A stretch of 64,000 nt of DNA from Octopus sinensis (Eukaryota): contig NC_043019.1 of NCBI RefSeq assembly GCF_006345805.1, forward strand, positions 16,119,360-16,183,359. The letters are read 5' to 3'. Below are positions 10,306 to 21,329 of the stretch, piece after piece. The notes under the pieces were generated by a model. The model saw nothing but the letters and a program-made list of their open reading frames with translations, was not told the DNA's origin and searched no databases. The translations under genes were made by a program, and so were the position numbers. How positions within the stretch are numbered: the first letter of the stretch is position 1; every line of letters begins with the position of its first letter.

Positions 10306-11670
10306 CGCAAGATAAACCATCAAGTGGTTGGAAGAAAACGAAAACAACAACAACAACACCACCTCTTTCAACAGCAACAACAACACTACCAGAAACAGTA
10401 AATGAAGCTGGTCTACAACCAAAAAACCAAAACGGACCCCAAGGACATCCCCTTTCCCAACAAAATCAGCTCGGACAATGCGAGCACTGATAGCGAGAAG
10501 GGGAGTGGCACACAGGGCCACCGAAAATATACAAGAGAAAAGTAGACTAAAGAGACAACCGACAAAATGGGGAGGCACGAGAAAGTAGGGCTCCCCAACA
10601 ACAACAACAGCAGCAACATGCACTCAAAACATTCAACAACAACAACAACACCTTCTCCAGCACTACCCCCCCCAAACACCAACACAAATTACAACACACA
10701 CACACACAGACACCACCACCATCACCACCACTACAAACATCACAGCAGTAAACACAAATAATGAGAAACTAGTGACATAAAAGAAAACACAGACACCACT
10801 CTTCGCAGACGTATACTGCAACTGGCAACCAAACGGGAGAATTCCTGCCTTTGTTTGTTGAGGAATGGTGGCACTGCTGAGAAAGGACCCAAACAAGGGG
10901 GACGTGATAGAGAATTTCAGGCTCATAACTCTGCTTAATGCAGTGTTGAAGATTTTGGCCAAGGTGTTAGCCAAGAGGTTGGCACTTGTTGTGGACAAGC
11001 TGATTGGCAAGGTGCAAACCTATGCTGTCCCAACCAGGTCTAAACCGTTTTACATACACTCGTCCAGTGACCGAGTATTGCTGACCTGTGGGTTTATGTC
11101 GAACAGCTGCTGTCGTGTGTAGGATGGATCTGGCTATCAGCTGAATCCATAGTGAAGATTGCCCTGCTGACCTCCTTTAACTGGGAGAGGAAGGCAATTT
11201 TCATTTGTCTGGTGGCTGTAGTGAAAGAGTTGGTATGATGGAGCTGTTTGAAAGGGCTAAAGTCAGACACTTTCCTCTTTGGCCAAGGCCTCATCAACTT
11301 TTTCAAGTTTCACTTGAAAAGGAAGGTGAGAGTAGAGAGGGAAGTGCTGTCTTGTAGCAAATTTGTTGAAAGGTGGGTCAATGTGGGAAGAATGGCCAGT
11401 ATGGACGGACCAATTCTGAGATTACACCTGTAAAAAGGAGAAAGGGCTCACGCCTTGTTGACCAGGCACCTGGGGCTTTTATGGGGTTTTCCACAAGTAG
11501 CCTTCAAAGTGCCTCATCTTATTGGGAGTTTTTACTTGTTAAATATTTCTTGTTATCAAATGTCTACATGGATTTTTCTTTTTTTGCAAAACCCTTTGTT
11601 TTATCGTCCTGTGTTTGTCTTTTCATGTTTTTGATTTATATTAGCCCTTGTGGCCAATAAAACAGAATTA
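10306..11670 (+). mobile_element. Internally deleted Tx1-like LINE (ORF1 3' relic + short RT piece + ORF2 C-terminus + 3' UTR)
   Basis: 10430-10520 matches the ORF1 end at 31800-31890. RKDPNKGDVIENFRLITLLNAVLKILAKVLAKRL is an early RT segment. The sequence jumps to the zinc-finger region at ~11041. (ATT)n tail. Confidence 0.85.
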
Positions 11671-11745
11671 ACTATAATTATTATTATTATTATTAGTAGT
11701 AGTAGTAGTTTTTAATCTGTAGCTTTTGTGTGTTGTTTCGACAAG

Positions 11746-11876
11746 GATGAAGAACTTGCAAGACAGCTTGTTGAACTTGGTTACCGAGGAAGTGGAGAGG
11801 TTTTGAAACGGGAAGAATTTGATGCCAGAAAGTCAGCTGCTGAAGCTAGCAGATTGTCCAAGCACAAACAAAAGAA
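11746..11876 (+). CDS. CFAP299: CFAP299 exon 2
   Basis: acaag|[43 protein letters not shown]+AA|gtaagt (131 nt, phase 0 to 2). Confidence 0.95.
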
Positions 11877-12088
11877 GTAAGTCGCAATTGAACCCCTCTT
11901 CTCCTTCTCCCTCGCGCTCAGTGTCTTCTCCCTTCCTTTAATCCTTCTTGGTCTTCGTCTCTCTCTCTCCCCTCTTCCCTCTATATATCTGTCTGTCTGT
12001 CTCTGGGTCTCTCTTTCTACTTCTAAAAGCGAAAAAATAACTGAAATATAACCGTGGGACTTTTGTCCTAGAGTCTTTTGTCCTAGGG

Positions 12089-12289
12089 CAGTGCTTTTCA
12101 AAATTTTTGCTGGAGCGGAACCCCAAGGAAACATTCCACTGGCTCGAGGAACCCCTGTGCAATAATTTAATAGTCTTATGCACACATATCTGCACAGGAG
12201 AATGAAAAATTACTGCCGATTTTAGCAGTTTTGTAACTTCTTGCGAAACCCCTGCACTGTACTGGCGGAACCCTGGTTGAAAACCACTG
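12089..12289. mobile_element. hAT (Charlie-like) MITE, 201 bp
   Basis: TIRs CAGTGCTTTTCAA / TTGAAAACCACTG; 8-bp TSD tcctaggg at 12081-12088 and 12290-12297. Confidence 0.9.
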
Positions 12290-12405
12290 TCCTAGGGGGT
12301 AAATCGCTTTCCCTTTTCTTCATTGTTAAAAGTGAAGAAGCCAGAAAAGATCGATGGTATTTTAGTCTAATTGTCATTATAAATGACTGAGGCTTTCCTT
12401 TCTCT

Positions 12406-12630
12406 GGTGCGTGGCTCAGTGGTTAGGGTATTCGGCCCACGATCGTACGGTCACGAGTACGATTCCCGGCGGAATCTACTTCACCCTGCTGCAGTCCACT
12501 CAGCTGGCCAAAATGAGTTGTAGCTATAATTCAGCCTTGTCACATTCTGTGTGAGGCTGAATCTCCCTGAGCACTACGTTAATGGCATGCATGTCTGTGG
12601 AGTACTCGGCCACTTGCGCGTTAATTTTTT
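12406..12630 (+). mobile_element. tRNA-derived SINE, family C
   Basis: GGTGCGTGGCTCAGTGGTTAGG head and GATTCCC B-box region; body homologous (inverted) to 10188-10305 and to ~54830-54945. Confidence 0.7.
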
Positions 12631-12682
12631 TCCTTGTGTAGCAGTCAAAAGCAAAAGTGACATCCAATATTTACTGTAGTTA

Positions 12683-12934
12683 GGTACTACTTAAGTAGAG
12701 TGGTCCCGGTGCGCGTACTCACATCCGCACTCGCTAGTCGTGATTAATCGATCCTACAACGACTACCTAGCAAAGTAAATAAAACAAAATATAATTATTT
12801 TTTACTCAAAGTAAATAAATTTTTTTAAAACAAAGTAAATAAAACAAAAACACAAAGTAGGGATCGACTAGTCACGACTTGCTAGTGCGGATACGCGAGT
12901 GCGCGCACCGGGACCACTCTTCTTAAGTAGTACC
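12683..12934. mobile_element. Foldback MITE, Merlin-like (9-bp TSD)
   Basis: GGTACTACTTAAG...CTTAAGTAGTACC; TSD ctgtagtta at 12674-12682 and 12935-12943. Confidence 0.8.
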
Positions 12935-13050
12935 CTGTAGTTATTTGTCTCTGATTTAACAAAGTGTCTATGTATCTATTTTTCTTTCGATGTATGCATG
13001 TCTATTCTGAAAAAACACGAAACAAACGCCACCTTTTAAGTCCCCACTCA

Positions 13051-13083
<33 letters not shown>

Positions 13084-13290
13084 TTCTGTTTCACTTCGTC
13101 TATGTCCCTCCTTTTTCCCTGCTTTTAATTTAACACTATGTATCTATGTATCTGCTTTTCATTCGATATACGTATCTCTGTCTACTGACAAACATTAAAA
13201 GACACAAAACCAATGCCACCTTCCTTTCATTCCCCACTCACTGTCTCTTTGTCTCTCTCACTTCCCCTCTGTCCCTCCTCTCTCCCGCTT

Positions 13291-13456
13291 TCGTTCTGGG
13301 TTCAAATTCCGCCGAGGTCGACTTTACCTTTCATCCTTTCGGGGTCGATAAATTAAGTACCAGTTGCACACTGGGGTCTATGTAATCGACTTAATCCGTT
13401 TGTCTGTCCTTGTTTGTCCCCTCTATGTTTAGCCCCTTGTGGGCAATAAAGAAATA
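13291..13456 (+). mobile_element. SINE family B (5'-truncated), ending 27 nt upstream of CFAP299 exon 3
   Basis: B box through the tail gccccttgtgggcaataaagaaata. Confidence 0.9.
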
Positions 13457-13483
13457 TATATTGTTGTCTGTTGAAACTTCCAG

Positions 13484-13574
13484 GATTCTTGTTAGTGCTG
13501 GTAAAGACCTGAAGGATCCATTATTAAAGGAACTCGCCAAAAGAGAAGACGCTAATCGAAGTGGGAAAATTACG
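13484..13574 (+). CDS. CFAP299: CFAP299 exon 3
   Basis: ttccag|G+ILVSAGKDLKDPLLKELAKREDANRSGKIT|gtaagt (91 nt). Confidence 0.95.
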
Positions 13575-13614
13575 GTAAGTTCGTTAACTTTAAATTCTTT
13601 AATTAAACAATATG

Positions 13615-13845
13615 TATTTCTTTATTGCCCACAAGGGGCTAAACATAGAGGGGACAAACAAGGACAGACAAAGGGATTAAGTCGATTATGTCGACCCCAG
13701 TGCGTAACTGTTACTTTATTTATCGACCCCGAAAGGATGAAAGGCAAAGTCGACCTCGGCGGAATTTGAACTCACAACGTAACGACAGACGAAATACGGC
13801 TACGCATTTCGCCTGGCCTGCTAACGTTTCTACCAGCACGCCGCC
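13615..13845 (-). mobile_element. SINE family B, full length, inverted relative to the 13291 copy
   Basis: 20-bp TSD ttctttaattaaacaatatg (13595-13614, 13846-13865). Confidence 0.92.
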
Positions 13846-14143
13846 TTCTTTAATTAAACAATATGGTGACACCGAATCTTAAAACCATGTTAGAAGTAGA
13901 TAAGATCGTTTCTGTTTGGCACCACCATTCATGCATGGGTCGTTGCCAGTGCTGCCTGACTGGTTCCCCGTGCTGGTGGCAGGTAAAACACACCATTCGA
14001 ATGTGGTTTTAATGAGATGAATCGACTCCAGTATTCTTTTTAATGTCTGGTACTTATTTTATTGGTCTATTTTGCCGAACCGCTATGTTATGGGGACGTA
14101 AGCACAACATGACCGGTTGACAAGTGGTGGTAGGGGACAACAC

Positions 14144-14199
<56 letters not shown>

Positions 14200-14573
14200 G
14201 TTAATAAATGGTACAACGAAGTACCGATATTTACTGGAGAATAGCGATCGTAATAAATACGACGCTATTGTATAGCTTCACTGCGTAAATACTAGCAAAG
14301 ACGTGTGTGTGCAACAAACATGAAAAAAATTTGTCTTACCTCTAGGAAGAACATCAGAAATATGAAAAACCTAGAAACGGATAATGCAGGACCGGTTTCA
14401 GACTCTTCAAATACGTTATGTATATATATATATCTTCCTTCTTTTTACCATATATGGGTTACAAATACTGTTGTTTGTGGAGACTTATTTTTGTAGTAAT
14501 AGTAATAATAGCCCATTTGACTGCTATTTCTAATATTTTCGGTATGCAACTTGTTGCAAAAAACCCTTTATTA

Positions 14574-14626
<53 letters not shown>

Positions 14627-15352
14627 TATAATATACACACATATATATACACACATACACGACTGGCTTCCACTTAGTTCCATCGACCAAACTCACCCAC
14701 AAGGCATTGGTTGGCCCAGGGTTATATGTAGTAGAAAACATTTACCCAACGTAAACCAAGAAGTTACAAGAATGAGTTTGTTATCCACATCACCACATTA
14801 AAAAAAAAAAAAATACAATGAAAGAAAGAATTAAAAAACAAAATTTTTGAAAAAAAAAAAGGAAAAGGGACAGAATTAATAAAATCTCGCGCATCTTGGT
14901 TTTGAACTCGTGATAAAGACTTTACTGATCAAATCAATCAATTAATATTTGAAGCCAATAACTGAGTCAACTAAATTTTGTTAGTGGAGACAAGTGGCTT
15001 TTAATTTTCTCTTATTCTTTAGAAAATTATTTAATTTCGTTTCGTTAACAGAGTTAAGTAGGGTTTTTTTTCTTTTCTTTTTCGAATTTCAAAATTTTGG
15101 TTTCAGGAGGAGGAGGAGGAGGAGTTGTTGTTGTTGGTGTTGGTGGTGGTGTTTATGCTGTTGTTGTGGTGGTACCTACAGTTCTCTATAATGGTTTGTT
15201 TTGCGAGAACTGACGCGTAAAACAAATGGCAAGTTCAGTTTTGGCACTGTGCTGAACCTGGCATTTGATGAACATGTGATATGATATGCGTGTATGTGTG
15301 TGTGTATAATATATATATGTGTGTGTGTGTATATATAGTGTGTATGTATATG

Positions 15353-15387
<35 letters not shown>

Positions 15388-15970
15388 ATATATATTTATA
15401 CTTATAAATATATCTATGTCTATACATGTAATATATATATATATTATATATATATATATATATTATATATATATATATATATATGTGTGTGTATATATAG
15501 TGTGTATGTATATGTATATATATATATATATATTATATATATATATATATAATATATATATACACAATTATACATATATGCATGCCTGTATACACACACA
15601 TTGATACACACAGAAATAGATAAAGAGATAGATAGAGAGAAATACCGATAGAAACAAAAAGAGAAGTTTTAAAATAAAATCTATGAAAAATGAAGCAACT
15701 AAATAATTAAATAAAGAAGTAGTTTAGTGATTATGAAGCGGAGATGCAATTTCTTGCAATTATCTTTTGAGGAAATTCCGTCTCAACCCCCCGTGCCCAC
15801 CCCCTGCCTCATTGTTTACCATTTTACCATTTACGGTTCTGAGACAGACACAATTTGCTTTGATTGATTCCTTGTTTGGTCTGATAAGTGAGGGGGGAGA
15901 GGGGAAAGATAGTGAGAGGGGGGGAGATTACTCATTCAAATGTTTTTTTTCCTGTGATGTTTTTTAACAT

Positions 15971-16001
15971 TTCTCTCTCTCTCTCTTTCTCTCACTATGT
16001 T

Positions 16002-16047
<46 letters not shown>

Positions 16048-16056
16048 ACTATGTTA

Positions 16057-16104
<48 letters not shown>

Positions 16105-16116
16105 ACTATGTTTATA

Positions 16117-16150
<34 letters not shown>

Positions 16151-16157
16151 ACTATGT

Positions 16158-16220
<63 letters not shown>
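15971..16220. repeat. Compound minisatellite (CT)n-CACTATGTT(T)AT, five units, then (CA)n
   Basis: Repeated spacer ctcactatgtt(t)at between variable (CT)n runs. Confidence 0.85.
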
Positions 16221-16222
<2 letters not shown>

Positions 16223-16684
16223 TTCCCTTCATGCCTCAAACTTTAATTCTTTGTTGTATGCACGTGTGTGTATGGGAATATATTTATATATGTATGTATG
16301 TATATATCAGTGGCGACTCCGGTACTTGGGCTGTTCGGGTTTTAGCCTGAGTATAAATCTAGTAAAGTGAACATGTATTTTCAAGCCGTTTTAATTTCTG
16401 CCAACACTGACTTCAAGTCTGTAATTGCAACCAATAACTTGGACTCCCTTTATTGAACCTGGTCGCAGTTCATCTATTTTCATTCAGCATCTGGGGGTCA
16501 TCTTAGCGGTGCCCTGTGTCAAAAAATATCATTCGTAGCAGACATTCTCTCAACATCATTCACACACACCTGACTCAGGCTCAGAAGTTATAGCCTGAGC
16601 TTTTATCTAGAATCGTATAAATTAAAAGTAATCCGTATCCAATGTTTTCTTGAAACAATAAATTTCTATAGAGATTAGGATTTG

Positions 16685-16868
16685 GATCTTTTCCTTTTGA
16701 AGGCCAGATTTCAACACAATTTCTAGTTAACTAAACACTTTAAAACTTCGTATACTGGTAGAATGTGTCAAAAGAAAACATTATTTTCACTTGGCTTTCT
16801 TGATAGATTTGTAATTCGTTAGTTAACTAGAAATTGTGTTGAAATCTGGCCTTCAAAAGGAAAAGATC
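16685..16868. repeat. Perfect 50-bp inverted repeat with 84-bp spacer (foldback/MITE-like)
   Basis: gatcttttcc...agttaactaa (16685-16734) is the exact reverse complement of 16819-16868. Confidence 0.9.
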
Positions 16869-16939
16869 TTAGAATTTAAATTCCAATCTATGAAAAGTTT
16901 CCATTCTACAATATTCTTAAAAGAACAAAAAAATATGCT

Positions 16940-17800
16940 TCGATACTGAAGTCCATGCAGGAAACTGCTTTGTTGATGCAGTCTTCGGGTTTGTTGGTAT
17001 TTTGCCGAAATGGTATCCATCTTCACCATTCACAAAGTGCAGTGGATGCTGGAGTGCATCGTAGGATGTAGTAATTCCTGCAAAGTCTCTTGGTAAACAA
17101 TATTCTTTGTTTTCTTTTGTGGAACAAATGCAAATGGATCATCTTTTTTTTTTTTTTTTGCTTCCCACTCTAGAACAGCCAACATTTAATCGCTTATGTG
17201 AGAAGCATGACTCTTCTTAGTGAAGTTCTGCAACAGACAGTGCTTGACCCTGGGATTTATTGATAGACATTGCAGAGCTGATACGAAGAGGAAACTACAT
17301 TCTTCTGAGTGAAAAAGGAATTTCTGCTCCCAGTGAAAAGCGAGGAATTCTGGGTATGAAAACATCCTCTCTTTTTCCACATTCTGAGAGAATGATGGCC
17401 GCAATAACATGTGGCATCATCTTCTTTACCACCAGTTGTGTCTCATTGCTGAGTGTTGGTGGAGCCAAATCCTTCAATAACATTACTGGAGTTCCAATCT
17501 TTAGGGAGATAGTTCTGGAGGCCCCAATGAATTGAGAAATTCTGTTGGACAATTTACTACCCCTTCTGGATCTGGGATTGTATCGACTGACTTATAAATG
17601 TGAGGACTTCCAGGAAGTCATTGCAGCAGGTGCTCATTAATTTTACTTACAGGGCTGTTTTTCGGAGCCAGTATTGCTTTTTCACACGGCCAATTGAGGT
17701 TGAGATAATTTTTTGACCAACGGATGTGAGGGAGACAATCACTTCCAGGAAGTTACTTTGCAAAGAGTCAAAGAGTTACCTCCCTTCTCTCACATAACTC
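16940..17800 (-). mobile_element. Degenerate, rearranged Helitron fragment (helicase C-terminus followed by a pre-Rep segment)
   Basis: YKSVDT..PTEFLNSL, LKIGTPVMLLKDL, SINKSQGQ, GCSRVGS and TKNIVYQETLQ, then SYDALQHPLHFVNGEDGYH and KAVSCMDF. Confidence 0.8.
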
Positions 17801-18337
17801 CGAGGTCATGTTATGTGAAAACTTTTGAGCCTAAAGCCATCCCCTGAAGCAAGTAATGTCTGTTCCCAGTTTGGAGAAAATCAGTTGTGAATTTCGGAAG
17901 TTATGCGGGTTTACACATACACACACACACACACACAAACACATACACACAACCTCACTTTATATATATATATAATCATCATCATCATCGTTTAACGTCC
18001 GTTTTTCATGCTAGCATGGGTTGGACGGGTTCAACTGGGGTCTGGGAAGCAGTGTTTCTACAGCTGGATGCCCTTCCTAACGCCAACCACTCCGTGAGTG
18101 TAGTGGGTGCTTTTTACGTGCCAGGGGAGGCTGGCAGCGGTCACGATCGGTTGGTGCTTTTTACGTGCCACCGGCACGGAAGCCAATCAAGGCGGCACTG
18201 GCCGCCGCCTTATATGTAAACACATACAATATACAAACATATATATATATATATATATATATATGGATATATACACACACATACATATCTACATATACAC
18301 AAATTCACACACATGCATACACAGAAATTCACTCGCA

Positions 18338-18370
<33 letters not shown>

Positions 18371-18713
18371 CACACACACACACACTCATACACACACACA
18401 TACTTGTGCATCTATGACTTAAATCCTATTTTCCTCACCTCTTATTCTTCTATCTTCTTTCCTTTCCAGCATCCCTATCCCCCCCCCCTCTTACTCAAAA
18501 CCTTGTCCTTCACAACATCATTGGCGATATTTTAATCTCCATTAATCCCAGAAAACCACGTTTCTTTTTTCCTGCATTAGGAAGGGTATCTGGTTGTAAG
18601 AAACAGGTGAAAGCAGACACTGGGACTCGATACAGTGCAATCCTGCGGTATATTGGATCACATCAAACTGACCATTCCATCCATGCCAGCATGGAAGAAT
18701 GATGTTAAATATC

Positions 18714-18775
<62 letters not shown>

Positions 18776-18784
18776 ATGTATGTA

Positions 18785-18819
<35 letters not shown>

Positions 18820-18829
18820 GTGTGTGTGT

Positions 18830-19138
18830 GGAGGCGCAATGGCCCAGTGGTTAGGGCAGCGGACTGACGGTCGGAGGATCGTGGTTTCGATTCCCAGACC
18901 GGGCGTTGTGTGTGTTTATTGAGCGAAAACACCTGAAGCCCCACACAGCTCCGGCAGGGGGTGGTGACGACCCCTGCTGTACTCTTTCGCCGCAACTTTC
19001 TCTCACTCTTTCGTCTGTTGGACTGCTCGCTTAGCCAGCGGGCTAGCGGCATTTGAAGGCTAAAACAATGCGAAGCGCATTGTGACCAGCAATGTGTAGC
19101 AACATCTGATAGCCTGGTCGGTCACGTAATCACGTGAT
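18830..19138 (+). mobile_element. tRNA-derived SINE, family E
   Basis: GGAGGCGCAATGGCCCAGTGGTTAGG A box; GGTTTCGATTCCC B box; head shared with the 57075-57459 copy. Confidence 0.85.
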
Positions 19139-19590
19139 ATATATATATATATATAAATCTGTATTTGTGAATTATGGCTACCATTGGTTTCATGTTAAGA
19201 AGAGTAGGAAAATATCCAAGTATCTTGAAAATTTTTCAAGCCAATCACATGGAGAAAAGTGTTCACCTCCATTTTGGAAAACAATCTCGTTTTGTTCACA
19301 GGATTTCTTGTAAATTTGCATAAATGAAACAATGAAATAATGAATCAAGTGACATTGGTGGGGTTTGTTTCACTTGGATTTGTCTTTTCGGTAAATTTTT
19401 TTTGTATTATTTGTTTGATATTGTTCTGGGCATGGTGTTTTAGTACTTGTATGTTGAGGTTGTGCGTCATTGGGACTCATTTCTTCATTGGTGGAGTTTG
19501 TGACTTATTTCTTCTTTGTTGTGTGAAGTTTGTGTGCTATGTGTGTTCACATATATGAAGACACTATCCTGGTAGGGTTGCCTTCGTTTA

Positions 19591-20893
19591 TAGGGGGTCT
19601 TCTTTAAAGTATTAGAGTGTAAAATACTGTTTATGTATGCAGGGAGAGAAGGTTTCATCCCTAATGTTTAAGATGTTGCCTGTTGACATAGCTACCAATG
19701 GTGACACACTTCTCCCATCACTTTATGCAGCTGTGAAGACCTCATCTGTAAAATCCAGTAGGTTGCGTCTGGAGCCAAGACCTTACCTCAGAAATAAGTT
19801 CATCATCATCCGAAAAGTGCTTCCCCTTCAAAAAAAACTTCCTAGTTGGAAAGTGGTGGAAGTCAGATGGTGCGAGATTGGGAGAATAAGGGGGATAAAG
19901 AAGGATTTCATAGCCGCAGGAGTGTGCTTTCATCTGGGCAGCATGTGCATTGTGAACTGGGGCATTCTCTTGGAGGAGGTGGACTCCTTTGGTCAGCATG
20001 CCATGCCTCTCTGCTTTGATAGCATTCCTCAATTTCTGCAGCAGAATAGCATAATATGCTGTGTTAATTGTTGTACCCTTTGCTAGAAAATCCATCATCA
20101 CTATTACGTGCTGGTCCCAAAAGCCTGTGTGCATCACCTTGCCTGCTAAGGGTTGGACACAAGCCTTCTTTGGTGGTGGTGAGTTATCATACTCCTATTG
20201 CTTTGACTGGATTTTAGTCTCAGGATCATAGTGATGGACCCATGTTTCATTCTGTGTGATAAGTCTGCCGAAAAAGTCCCCCTTGTTTTCTTGGTACATT
20301 ACCAAAAGAGCCTGGGTGCAATTGACTCGTTCCTACTTCTGAAAAGGTGTGAGCGTCTGGGGAATCCATCGTGTAGACAACCTTCACATGTACAAATGGT
20401 CGTGAATGATTTTTTTCCCACGGACCCTACATTTATCTTCACTTCTTTGGCTAGTTACTGAATAGTTGTGTGGTGATCCTCCAAAATTGCAGCTTCCACT
20501 TTATGGATGGTATCACCATCAATGGTGGAATATGGCCATCCAGGAATAGGAGCATTTTCCACTGATGTCTGATCACATCTGAACTGGTGATGCCAGTGCT
20601 TGACTACATCATATGATGGTGCATCATTACTATAAACTTCTTTCATCTCATTGGAAGTCACTTTTGGTGTATGACCTCTCAAGTATAAGAACGTGACCAC
20701 TGACCTGCATTCAACTGCCTCCATTATAACACCTTAGTCCACTTCAGCAGCCATAAAAGACAAACGAATACAGGTAGGATGTTGCAATTTACAATGTGAC
20801 ATGTAGAGACATGTATGATTATACCTGTACAAGTTCGGTTTCCTGCAAAAACCAGAAGGGGGTCAGGGGAAATATTTAATGAACACCCTTTGT
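19591..20893 (-). mobile_element. Mariner transposon relic (~1.3 kb, multiple stops/frameshifts)
   Basis: RSVVTFLYLRG HTH region; FWD..IVMMDFL..G.TIN..YY; LLQENAPVH; YPPYSPNLAPSDFH. Degenerate TIRs agggggtcttctttaaagtatt / aagggtgttcattaaatatt. Confidence 0.9.
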
Positions 20894-21329
20894 GTGCGTG
20901 TGTGTGTGTGTACACAAACATGTATATATGTGTGTATATATATATGTGTGTGTATATACACATGTGTATATATGTATATATTTATGTGTGTATCAGGCAC
21001 GTGCTATCAGTAATTACTCAGGGTAGGCAGTTGATGACCTTTATGTAGTAAAACACACAAAAATAAGGGAAACAGAGACGTGCGACTGAGTTGAAGGCAG
21101 ATTTACTTCTGCCTTTATAGCACGTAAAGAAAACGGTGTTGTAGGAGTGTACGCAGCATGTGTACACTGCCTACCTTGGTGGCACATCCCTGGTGTATAT
21201 GTATGTGTGTGTGCACATATAGAGAGCTTGATAGATAGACAGAGATATATGTATGTATAAATATGCATATGTACATACATTCACATTCATATGTGGTCTA
21301 TCTTTTTCTTTCACTGCTTCCCCCCCCTC

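Noticed and set aside
14336-14420. Possible antisense exon (HNVFEESETGPALSVSRFFIFLMFFLE|gtaag)
   Set aside because: No acceptor upstream, no partner exons and no recognisable homology.
15971-16190. Regularly interspaced short repeats superficially like a CRISPR array (also 23365-23655)
   Set aside because: The spacers are simple (CT)n or near-identical units, the context is eukaryotic and there are no cas genes; these are minisatellites.
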